A stretch of DNA of 64,000 nucleotides from Klebsormidium nitens (taxonomy: Eukaryota; Plantae; Klebsormidiophyceae): the NCBI GenBank assembly GCA_000708835.1, contig DF237093.1, positions 103,796-167,795 on the forward strand, given 5' to 3'. The position numbers and the translations under genes are program-made. Under the pieces are notes generated by a model. That model did not search any database. It was not told the DNA's origin and saw only the letters and a list, made by a program, of their open reading frames with translations. Of this stretch, positions 49,823 through 62,300 are shown piece by piece (the stretch's first letter is position 1; each line of letters opens with the position of its first letter).

Positions 49823-50005
49823 CGCTTTTTTCGAATCATGCGCAGCACTAATATGCAGCCGTTAGAGAAGCAACGAGTCACCTGGCAATGCTTCTTGGTC
49901 CAAAGAGGTCGACCATGGTACAGAATAAGGACAAGCTTCTCTACCATGAACACTACAGCATCTGTCGCACTAATCTGGGTTCATCTGCCTGTCTTTCCTG
50001 GCCAT

Positions 50006-51547
50006 CTACTCTGCGAGGGAGATAGGTACCAACGGTTTCTCTCCCTTTGACACGCAGTGTCTCTTGTGTGATGGCCAATGAAGCTTCTGGTGCTTCTGGC
50101 TGTAAAGAAAAGATGCGAATGTTCGTTACCCAGGTTTTCATTGGACAGCAAGACTCCGATTGTACAACTAGTTTTGACCAAAGAAGTCAAAAATAAAGTA
50201 GAGGAGGATCAAATTCAACAGACACACTCATATTGTCATACGGCTGCGCAGGGTGCGAATTGATCCATAGGTTTTTATATAAGATGTGAGTTGTTCGATG
50301 CGTTCTGGCCTTCTTTCTTGGAGTACACCCCTGTAGTCAAGTCTCTCAAGTCTCTCGTAAACTTTAAAATTTGTTCTGCCACGAATTCAGGAAGAGTTTT
50401 CCCATGCACGGAGACAATTTGAGAAAGAGTTTTCTCATGCAAAGAGACGCTGCCTAAGATGCAGAAATACCCACCTGCAGTAGCGCGCCACACCGCATCG
50501 CCCGCATCTGCTGAGGGCCGAGGCGTGCTCCAAGTGTTCCAACATGGATTCCGTATACTCCATAGCTTCACACTCCTTCCAAGAGCACACCACTGGCGTG
50601 GAGAACACGGACCTCTTGAAGTTCTTCCAGGCAGGATGGGTCACAGGTAAGGTAAAATCTCTGAACTTTTGCCCGTCCTTCGAGTTTGTCAGCTTGCCTT
50701 TGACCAATTCCCAAAAGTCAGTGCCGCGTATACCCTCTTTCAGGACGGTAGAGAGCGGTTCCAAGGTTGACAGGAAGCCAGACTGTCTCAGCCTTTCGAG
50801 GGAATCCTCCGAGCTGATCAACCGCAGCAAAGCTATGTTGCACCGACTCAGGACGTCGAAGCGATCCCCTTGCATCCTAGTCCGATAGAGCTCTGCAATG
50901 ATGTAGATGTATCCTGCGTCAATCAACCACAGACGGCTGTCTCCCGACAGCGACAGGGCCTCAATCATCCTGGCCAAGGATTCCCTCAAGGCGAAGATAT
51001 CAATTTCTGAGGCCTGCTTCAAATACTCGCCAGCAAGCACTTTGTGGATCGGAGGAAGGGGATTCAAGCCAAGCGCCTGCATGCTTTTCCGGAACAGCTT
51101 CGAAGCCTGAGAGAAGTTGCTGAAAGCTTGAAATGTCAAGGAAGCCTCGAGCGGAGTTGCTTGGTCATACAAAATTCGCGTGAACTTCCTCGCAAACTCG
51201 AAAACCAGGTTTTCAACCGTCCCTTCTCCTGTCAGACACACCTGAGCTGCTACCTTGCTGGTTGTCAGTTTTGGGAGGACGGTAGAAGTTAAACCACAAA
51301 GGAACTCCTGCTGCAGCCCAAACTCACAGCTGTCGTCATACCTTGACAGCCAGTTACTCATCAGCTTTTTCATAACCCGGCCTTGTTCGTAACCTGCAAG
51401 CTCTTGGATGACTCTGGCAAAGCGCACAAAATCCCTTTTTGTTTTCGGGGCTAGCCATAGGTTGTCCAGAACTTCCATTGCCCCCTTTATATCGGACGTT
51501 TGGTCAGAAAGCAAACCAAGTGCTGCTTTATCCACAATAGAGTCCAT
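50006..51547 (-). CDS. Uncharacterised alpha-helical protein with C-terminal MYND zinc finger, 388 aa. Exons: 51547-50475, 50099-50006
   Basis: 357-codon first exon ends CSWKEC...RCGRCGVARYC. Splicing tgcag|GTGGGT...tttacAG|c completes YCSQKHQKLHWPSHKRHC, a MYND signature. 1167 nt in frame. Confidence 0.82.
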
Positions 51548-51659
51548 AGCCCTGCCAGGTGCTGTGTTGTCAGGGTTTGCTCTTCTGAGGGCTCAATTCA
51601 GCATTTGTCGAGAAAAGGACGTTCAACACCCTAACAGATGCTCACGACCTCTACGGAGC

Positions 51660-53282
51660 CTCAGCACGTCCCCATGCTCTGCCTGATCAGGATCAAGTGT
51701 TTCAACAGCATATCAGAGTGCCAATTCCTCGATGAACCATCAGGTTCATTGACGCACGCGCTCCTTATGCAGCATTCACCAAAGATCTGCGGACCTCACA
51801 GCTTCCAGCTTTCCTCCAAGAAAGACACAATCCTCACCATCCAACAATGGCATTATGACAAATCCAGGCTACCAGTCTGCTGTATGTGCAAAGAGTCTGC
51901 CGTTATGCTTCCTTGCACTTGCGCCCTCCCAAAGCCAGCCTTAAAGCGGGAGAACGAGAAACCAAGCAGCGCCTTGGCTCAATCGCGTTAAAGAGGACTG
52001 CTGCGAAGATGCATGGCATCGCCTCGCTTTTAGTAGACTGAATCCTCAAGTTGGCAAGACAAGCTTGGCGAACGAATTTCGTCATGCACGAGTTTGATTT
52101 CCGCAGCTCAAACTCAAATCTGGCCGCTTCACGAGCACTCGGTTGGCTCGCTTGATTTGGGCGTCAGCTCGTAGGATAGAAGAGATTAAGCCGTTGTTGC
52201 CGATTGAACGAGCGATCTGTCGAACGGCTCTGCTTCTAAGATCCGGTCTCATAGCTCTTAAATCCTTATAGGTATTGAACTTTATCCTTATTAGTAAGAT
52301 CGACTGGCGCAAAGCAGCCAGCTATCCGGGGCTGACGTCTCAAGGTTCATTCTCAGGTCTAGTGATGAGGTTCCTCCAGCAGCGCTGGTCTCAGAATCTG
52401 CATGGGCGTTCTGCCTTAAAAGGATCCGCTGTAAATGCAAATGAATTCTGTACCGGCACGCCAGTTTCTCTGGTTCTAGCTTCCGTCGTTGATAATTCGT
52501 GATTCGCTGTCTGTAATCCACATGTCCTTAAGAACGAACTGATTTCGAGTAAGGAGTCTTACTACCGCGTCCTGATCGTGCATATTTTGGATCGCAGATC
52601 AAGGGCGCCAGCACCGCGATCTCAAATGCTCCATCAATTCTTAACTTAGCATTCATATCATTACAGGTCGCATGCACACCGTACCTAATGCGCAGATCTC
52701 GAACATGCATGTGCCTACCTATAAGCATTGCGCATAGAGATTCTTGCAGTATCGAGCTAATCATCGATCAGCCGTGAATTGAACGGCCAAGTATAGCTAC
52801 TACCTCTACTTCAGTATATGCAACTGCAGAAAGTGCGGTACCAGCAAGAAACTTCTCGACCTTATGTTTCACAGGAATAGCTTCCGACACAATCTGCTCA
52901 CTCAACGTACATACAGCTGCCTGATCAAGATTGTACAACATACACTTGCACGTACATTGTGCGACATGCTGGTCAAAGCAGAATCCGTATAAAATGCATG
53001 TCGTAGACGGTCACTGATCATGGTGCGGACCCCACACTCGGAATCTATAAGATACATCCAATTGGATTCTGTACTGCTTAGCCAACATTGATCTTGACTT
53101 GGCAACCTCTTGCCAAGAACGCCGCGGAACGAGCACCACGATTTCAGGCCGTCTTTCGTCAGGCAGCGTTGTGGACTCGCAATACCCAAATGATCAATCA
53201 GACTGTTACCTCTTCGGCGGAGCCCTGAAACTGGAATGTGATCGTGCTGAAGTACTGCTCGTTCAACATGGAGGGCTCTCAA
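51660..53282 (-). pseudogene. Relic R9, near-full-length decayed tandem paralog upstream of the MYND gene
   Basis: Ordered matches to the intact gene: SNWMYLIDSECG vs SNWLSRYDDSCEFG; NNGLISSIL vs DAGYIYII; SWKL*GPQIF vs AWKNFKRSVF; CIRSAC vs CSWKEC (C-x4-C); SDMLLKHL vs ESMLEHL. Many stops and frameshifts. Confidence 0.6.
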
Positions 53283-53338
53283 TTAGCAACTCACCTAAGA
53301 CCTAATTAGCTTATCTCTATGCAGTCGAGTTCCGATGA

Positions 53339-56300
53339 TTAGCAGTCAGACTCCGTAAGATCGATGGGAGACTGCTCCGAGCTACCCCCGGCCGCCTTCC
53401 TGATCGGTCTCGCAGAGCCGGTTGCATTGGCGGGAGCGACGATCTTCGTTTTGAACATGCTGTGGAGGGTGTTCGTCTGCTGCGTTGGCAGTGATCTCTT
53501 TCGCTTGGCATCTTTCTGCCCAGTTTCCGCCTGAAAAAGAGCGTCAAGGTTTGGTCAACAAGCCTTTTAGCACAAACTATGGAAACTATGAAAACTAGAG
53601 GACTCGAGAAAATAGGAGCATTACTAGGTTTCAGTCAAAGGGAGCCTGACACGCAACCTACATCGAGCGATTCAGTCCATGCCACGCATATCTAAGCGTC
53701 CCCAACACCACTAGAGTCGCAAAGCGTGTGCAAAGATGGCCTGGCGTGCATATAACCATGCCGGACCATCTACAGAGCCTGATTCTAACCAAGTTGCACG
53801 CCTTACCTGCGCCGGCCGCTTGCCAGCCTGACCAACGGCCCCTGCGATTGTCTGCTTCAGATCTATGCTGTCGACAGCCGCTGACGCATGCACCGTCCGA
53901 ACAGGAATTGTTCCGCCTTTTGAATTGTTCATGGTGTTCGCTACCGCTGGCAGCGGACCAACGGTTGGCGCATCCGCAGTCTTCGGCTGGAAGAAACCTG
54001 CGGAAGAACGGACCAGGTCACTAACACGCAACAAGATTATAAGCTGAAACGTGTCCTCGAAAATGACGAGAATTGCAATAGTTTTCCTCATGCGCCTCTC
54101 GTCCGTGCGCCGCTGAGCCGTCCATACAAGACCTGCTCGGTACAAAAGACCTAACAAGCCCTTTTGCTACTCCAAGAATAGCCCGCTACTGCATGTACGA
54201 AATCGCTTCTCGACAACGGAAACGCGAAATACGCTCTTAAACGGATCGACTTATCAGGAGCGTTTCCGGACTTACTAAGCATGGTCAACTTCGGCCGCGT
54301 CGCCTTGGCCAGCGCCTTCGGGTCCACGGGCCGGACGGGCTCCACGGTGCTCTGCGTCGTCTTAGACCAGGCAGCCCGCTCTAGTTGCGCCGCGGTTACG
54401 AGCGCCTTCACCTCTTCCAACAGATATGCGGGGTACCGGATGCCGATGACCTTGTCCGTGTCGTTGAGCTCAACGCGCACTACTCGCATGCCCCGGTCAC
54501 CTGCCATGCAAAGACGGCCAGGCTGATATTGCCCGGAAATTGGAACCAGGGGAGCCGGCAGAAACTCTCTCTGCTCGGTAACGGCGACAACCGTTTCGCA
54601 GTACGGGCATCACGCAGCGCGTCTCTTCTACCAACATCCACCCGTGCACTTGCGTGTAATAAACCTTTCCGCCTACGCATTCGTGTTCTCCGTGAAGAAG
54701 TGGAAGCGAATACCGCGACATTTTACAGGCAGAGAGAGCAGAATGGAATTCTTTATTTTCGGTGGAGCGGGTTGTACGGACTTGACCCTCTTCGCAAGAA
54801 CGCCCGCCTTCCAGCAAGTGAGCAATCAGCAGAGCGATCACCATTAAGCGCGAAGCGGCTCACTTTTGTTGAGCTGCATGGCGTACTTGTCGAGGAGCTG
54901 CTCCAGCGTGCCCCAGATGGGCACCACCGCGCCCTGCAGCACCGTCACCTCGCTCACCCGCATGCCCGCGGCGCAGCTCCGACCGTTGGTGCACGCCGCA
55001 CCGTGCAGGCTGCAGAAATCACGCGGATCAGGCGTGTTCGTTAACACTATGGTCAAGCACTCCGTTAACGGTATGGTTGAACACTTGGTTCAAAGCAGTG
55101 CCGTCGTGGATCCGTCTGGGCCTCTCGTGAGATAACTTCGACCGCCTGCTCCGCCTTGTTTGAACCAGTATCGACGGGCCTCCTTCCATTTGTCAACGGG
55201 TTCATATGTCGAATACACACCAGAAATGGAGTTCCCCCACAACGGAGCTACTTGATATTTTTTGCAGCAGCTACGACTCGACACGATCCAGAGATGCTTG
55301 TTAGAATTGGCACTCTGTGATGACAGTGACAGAAGGGGCTGGAGGGATAACATAAACTCTGGCCATCCTTTGCGAACCCCCTTGGCTGTAACCCCAACGG
55401 TTGGCTTTGTCAAAAACACCCTCTGAACCGTCGATCTGAATGGTTATTACCGACGAGGTCCTCGAGTGTGACCGGCCGAAAGTCCGCGTTCTCCTTCCAT
55501 CCATTCTAACATTCAGAGAAACAAGCGCGCCGCTCACCAGGAGTGCAGCGAGCGCTCGTACATGGCGGTCCAGCCGGCCTGCACCTTGTCGGGCTCCATC
55601 GCGCGGTACTTGTCTGCGAGCTCGTCCTCGTCCATCTCGAAGAACGACTTGCCGGTGTTGGGCCGCGTCACCACGAACGCGCTGGCGCCCGGCTTCTGAA
55701 TTGCCATGAGGAACATCGGCCTGCAAGGTGCAGAGAGCATGTTGACCAGTTTTACTACAATTCCCCTGTTGTTCGGAGTGCCAACGGTCCAAAAAAGACG
55801 ACGTGAAAAGTCAATTCGCCTTTGATCTCCCTCGACTGCCAGGACCGCTGAGCTGGAGTATGCATCGAAAGCTGCGCACTTTCCATTTAAGAACTGCAGC
55901 CAAAACAGTGCATGACGAGCCCAGTGTTACTGAGAATTACTGGCTGATACACGGACAAGGACATATATCAACCCAGCACGCACTCCTCCAAAATCATCAG
56001 TCTCAAAAATCCCAGAGTCGCTGAAACCGACGATTCGTCCACAGAGAGAGCCCTACTCACCTCCCAAACCACTCTCGGTTGCTCATGTAAAACCCGTCTC
56101 GTGGCTCTCCCCGCTCGTGCTCTAGCTGCGCTACCGCCGCTTCAAAGGAGACCCCCCTGTCGACGATGAGGTCGTGCCGCTTGGTGGCCAGCCCGGACCA
56201 GGGGTCGGTCCAGACCACCTCCGGGGGCTTCGCCCGCCGAACGTCGGTGCCCGGGAGGTCGCTCACCCCCTCGCTGTACTTGCCCTCCTGCTTGGCGGCG

Positions 56301-59300
56301 CGCACTTCGGCCGCCAGCACCTAAAGGGGGGAGAGGTGGGTGTGAATAGGCGTCGGAGAGGGACGCCAAGTGGAAACGACGGCAGAATCTTATTTTTGGC
56401 GAAAGAAAATTGAGTAGATACAGTCAGAACACCAAGTCCATTCTTTTACCGAACGCAAACACCAAAGAACGGGATGAGCGGTAATCATTTTTCCGCGATG
56501 CCCCGTTTCATTGAGGGATCCTGTTCTTGCACCCGTTAAGGATCAATCTACCACAAACTGACGATAAAATGGCCGTCTACAAAGTCACGAGAAGACATCT
56601 TTGATCGGACGCAGCAAACAGCATGCACTTCTCTTCAGCGAGGCTTAGGCAAGATCGACTGAACGACAATCAACAATCATAAGGCTTTCGTCAGTCTTCT
56701 GAAAATCACCCTATCAAGTGGAGTATCAGCAACAATGCCGGCCAATGTTCCTGTACCGAGTCACTTACCGCGACGAAGTAATTGAAGAGCACGTTCTGTT
56801 TCCGGCAGGGCAGCCCCAGCAGCCGGTTCAGGAACCTCTTGACGTCGCTCAGGTCCTTCCCCACCGCCTCCGCCGTGCTCAAGTCGTCTGTCGCGGCCGC
56901 GTCTCCCGCCCCCGCGGCCGCGCTCGCCTGCCGCACTTGCCGCATCATCTCGGTCGCCAGCTGTACCTTTAGCGGATCTTTCGAGGCGATGAGTTCGGAC
57001 ACGATCCGGTACAGCGCTCCGTTGTCCGGGGCGTCCGAGACTAGGGCACGTTTCCTGGTGGATTCGCTGACGTTGACGCCCATCAGAGTGACGCACTCTT
57101 GCATTGCGGTGTTGAGCTCGGTTGCGGTGCTGGGTTGGGAGCCGTCGTACGAGCTAAATGGGTTTAGGTCGTCGAAGCGGACGCCGTTCGGCAGGCGCGA
57201 GCTGCCTTCGATGATGGCGTCGTACATCTTCTTGAGGGCCTGCAAGAGGAGGGGAACCGATGAAGACGAGGTATCCCCGTTTTCCGAATGGACTCTCGGA
57301 GTGAGATCAGAAAAAGCATTATGTTTGCTTGAACAAGTTCCGTTGTGGGGTCCAAAAATCGTGACCCAACTTCAAGCAGGGCTTAACGGGCTCGGTAAGT
57401 TATTGCAGAAAGCTTACAAATCAGAGGCGGCCCCCAAGCTAGAAACTCCGAGAGGAGGCAAGAATAACTTTTCGAACTTGCCCGCTCGGAAACGCTGTAC
57501 TAAACATGGACCTGCCGAGTGATTAGCTCCAAGAAGCTCGGCGGGAGTTTGGGCAATAATCGACGGCTCACCTTCCGACCGAGCGGGCTGTCGATGTTCC
57601 ACTCGCTCAGGTCCACCCCCGAGGCAGCCCGCCTGTCGCCCCTGGTCAGAGCGCCCAAGGATTGCAAGCGTCGAGCAACAGCGGAGGCGAAGCGCTTCTC
57701 GCCTCCCAAGTCGGTGGTGACCAGCTTGTACAAAGGAGCGCTGTTTGGAGAAAGAACGACCTGGGTTTGGAACGGTTTCCCGAAACTTCCGGAGGCATTT
57801 AACAGAGTCTCTGATGGAGGCACGTTGAGGCGTTATAGATACAGGAATTGTGGTCGCCTCGGTTCTTCTCAGGATTCGCATGCTTGATAGGTTCTTACCT
57901 GCATCTGCAGTATCCGGTACTTTGCTACAACGGTGAATTGCATAGACACAGCCGCACCAAGTTGAAACGATCTTCGATCAAGGACAGCACCCCGGTTTTA
58001 AACTTAGGGCGACATCACGAATCCACCCCTTACCTAGTTTGATTGGACCGATGCGAGCGGCCCAATTGCTGGATCGCCTTGTCGGCGCTCCAGGGCAGCT
58101 CGATCGTGAGGTGCACTCTCCGCCGTTGATTTTCGACCCGCTGGTCGGCGTGCAGCGAGATGCCTGTGCTCGCCGCGTCTGACACGATAGCGACCAGCTT
58201 TTGGCCCTTCATGAAGGCCTTGCACTCGCTGGTGTTAAGGCTGTCCAGCTCTGAGGCCTCCGACTTGACGCGCAGCTCGTACTGGATGGACCCATTCGCC
58301 TGAGAGGAGTCGCAGTATTTGAGAGACTTGATGATACCCCAGTGATGCAGCCACGAGGCAAAGTCAATCTTTCCTAAAACCAGGGGTAATTTCAACTTCC
58401 ATGGATCCAATATCAGAATCAAAGAATATTGGCAATCACCTCAAATGCGTTGTCAAAGTCAAGGAAACGGTTGAGAAACGCAACCAGCCAAGCGTGCGGT
58501 CCCAGCACACAACGAAGGCTCAATGACATTAAGGACCTACCGCTACAAACCTTTTGTTCGAAAAAGCACCGCAATCCCCAGGTTGAGGACAGATGCTTCT
58601 AAAAGCTGACCAGACGGACCGACCCGATACATGCGGGATATGCGCTGTGTCAGAAGGCAGCGACGGCACAATGAGACGCGGAAACTTGAACGTAGCTTAC
58701 GAGCCTTACCGTTCGAACAACCCGTCCCTTCCGTCCCGTCATCTCGGCGACTGCCGACGGTCCCCCCAGCTGGTCTACAAGCTCGTCGAGAACGTTCGGC
58801 GGGAGCTCTAAATCACACGCGCTTTCTATCAACAGGTCGCGCATTGCCAGGCAGTTTTCCTCGATAGGCCCTGTCGGCGTGGCCCTCGCTGCTGCCGCTG
58901 ACTGTGACGAAGGGCCGGCCTGAGTGCCGGCCTGCGACGCAGGGCCTTCGGAGCTGGCTCCTGGAGCTAGGTTTATTTGGAGGGTTTGGTCTTCGTAGAT
59001 GCGGATGGGAAACTGCGTCTCGATGAAGCGGAGCAGCATCTCCTTGGTGGTGGACACGAAATCGCTGATCTTCTCGTCCTTCTCCAACTCCTTGTCCAGG
59101 GACGCTTCACCGGTGGTCTGCATTTGAACAGTAAACCTTACGTAACAAATACAAAGCTGTCTACCTGCGAATGACATCAGCAGTCCAAGGAGGAAACTTC
59201 GACGTCTTGCACTGCTTTAACAGGTGTTTGCCTACTTGGGAAAAGTTCAGGCCTGACCAGGGACGCTTCACCGGTGGTCTGCATCACAGCAAGGTTCCCC

Positions 59301-62300
59301 TCTGTTGATTGCTGAAACAAATCGAACGTTATCCCGAACGAACTCCCATTCTCGAAGATGGGCGCAATCGACCCGAGAACTCAGAAAAGAACATTGTTCG
59401 AGCAGAAGACATCACCTACTGATACTGCTGCTCTTTGGGTCCCAGCGAAATCATCAGCGATGGACAAGCCAACACGCGGCTCAATGAAAACAGAGGTTTT
59501 ATGTCCGGAGGCAGATTGGTGAGACCGGAATGGACCGTGCACACTTGGGTGCTCAGCACCAGAGCTGTCTGACTAAAGCTGATACAACGATACTAGCCGG
59601 CAACCTCGACGTTTTGCACTGCTTCCAGAGGTGCTTGCCTACTTAAGCTAAGCTCGCTTGTGTCAAGACTCCGCCGCATTGACAATCGAGCAGACCAGTA
59701 CGTCTCTTAACGTTTGACAGGTTTCACATAGGTGAGGAGGAGGCACCTCTAACGACGGTCGACGATGCTTCAGCAATAAACTGCCTCGGACGCAACTGCG
59801 ACAGCTTTGCGTCTGTTGAACTGAAATGATTAGAAGCGCTGCGTTGCCGATCTATGGCAAGACTCGCACACTACGCGGTCCTGGATAAGGTAGCAACGTA
59901 GGCTTACCTGAAGTCCGATGACCACACAATTGCCGTTTGCCAGGGCATCCTTAGCCTCAGCAACAACTGTCGGTACTTTCAGGGAGATGCATAGCATCTT
60001 GAAGAACCTCTGCAAGGGAGCAATAACATGTTTTCTATTCCCAAGTTATCAAAGCTGTGTGGTCGAGTTGGATTCGTCAAGGTATGCACGTCCATCCAGA
60101 CTCCAGAAGCAAAGAGCAGACTTCTGTAGAGCCGGGCCTGGACCGTTTACATGGTCAGCATCTCAGAAACGATAACTTTGATAGAGCGTCCGCTGTTCAT
60201 TCTTGACGCGTCCTGCTCTTACCTGCTGACAGGACCAGAACGTTCGAGAGAGGTCCCTGACCGGGGCCTTGGTAAGGTTCAAGGCGAGAGCGAGATCTTC
60301 ACGGAGCTTGCTCCACAGCCTTACAGCGTCATCGTACACTTGCATCTGCAGGACAAATAAATGATAAGGCAGCCGGAAATACAAGCAAAAGCATGGACGA
60401 TTCCAGACAGCATAGAGATGATCCCGACCTGTGGCAGAGGAGGGTACAAAAAGATGCTTACTGTCTACGAAACATGTTGGTGGACAGCGCAACATACAGC
60501 AAGATGCAAGACAAACTTTTTAAAGAACGTTGCGCCTGATGACTTTACCTGATGTTCTGAAAGCTTGCACTCGAGCTCTAGGAACTCGGCTTGCTTGAAG
60601 CTCAACCCCCGAGATACATAGAAGCCTGGAGAGAATCGGAAGGGTCTGAAGCAACGGGCATGGGTCATGGATTTGCAGATGGGATCGCGGGGTGCCAATA
60701 ATAGTTTTCACAAATTATGCAGCAAAACACCTGAGTCGTGGAATTTGGACTAAACTTGAATCCGCAACGTTTCTGTTACAATCGTCACTTTCCTAAGATG
60801 AACACGTCAAGCTGAAATATCCATATTCTCCACCAGAAGTTATAAACCATGTACCCGTTCAAGTTCAAGCACAAAAGCTGGCTCACCGGACGCTTTCATT
60901 TCCATGGCCAGCATCTCCAGAAACCCAAGCCCTCTCTTCTTCATGCTCTCCACGAAGTACTCGAAGTCCTTGAACGGCGTCCCAGGACCCCTGCAGAGAA
61001 GTTTTTTATGTACATGTGAATCGCCCCTTCGGTTCGTTTCCGCAGGTCGTGTCACATGCTGACCGCAGGTGGTGCCGAAAGCAAGCAATCTACAAGTCGA
61101 AAACGCAGACAGCTTCACAATATTTGCGCTCAAGAAAAGCAGAACAAACAAGCTCAGCATCTCACCAAAGGCCCATCCGCGTCATGTATGCGCAATGACC
61201 AATCTCACTCACGCCCGTCGCGCTGCAATATACAACCCTAGGAAGCGTAGAACGAAGTAAGAGATTTGACATCACAAAAACTCGCAATATGCAGATTTGA
61301 AAGCGGACAAGGTACGTCGTCTATGAATACAGAAATGACACAGGACCAAGAGAAGAGCCAATGACACGAGGTCTACTTGCTGAGCTTCAAATGCTATATC
61401 ATCGGCAATTCAATCAATAAGACCTCCACGAATCTGCTTTGCACTATGCAAACGAATGCACGAGTCTCTCTTTGCACAAGCTCACCTGGCTTTTGGAAGA
61501 AGCTCCTGAATTTGGATGACAGTAACAGACACCTTGCTGCTGGCCCCCTCCTTACCCACGACAAAGTTCTTGGATTTGTGAGCTGCAGAACAGCTAACAT
61601 GTTATCAGAACTTCCGAAGATTGCAATCGAACCCAATAGGCTGTCGCCGATGAGTGGAGGTACCTTCAAAACATGACTTACGAAAGCGTTCTTTATATCG
61701 CAAGAGTACTTCCTCATCTTTCTCCTGGTCGCAGGCAATGAGGTCTTCTTGAACTCTTTCACAGACTGCACCAGGTAAGCAACTCTAAAGCTGAAGTTGG
61801 AGCAAATGAACATGGAGTTGCTGATACCGGCGGGAGAACTTACCTTCATCGAAGATCAGGACTCCATCAAAACTCTCACCACCACACCAAGCTACCAGTT
61901 GATCGAGCCTTTTTCCCTTCTTGTTTGTAGAAACAAGGGTTGAATATGTGGTAAAGAGAACACCTGCAGCAGTTTTGGAATTCCCCCCGTCAGAAAACCT
62001 GCGATACGGTTATGGCTTTACTTGGGGAGGGAACTTCGTCAGCTCTCGGGTCACATGCTGTGCATGCTTGTAACCATGGCAGTCACCACAAGAACTTTCC
62101 CACTCACACGCTTCATCACACCACCGATACTTGCTAACTGCAACCGTACAGGGGGCATGAATACCAAAAGCATCCAACACTGTTTTTGCGTACACAAAAT
62201 GGAAAGAGAGGCCTTGCCTTCTTGGAAATCTTTGCTGAGACCAGTAGCCTTCATTTCCCGGTCCAAGGACTGCAGATTCCTGATCACATTCACGTGGCAG

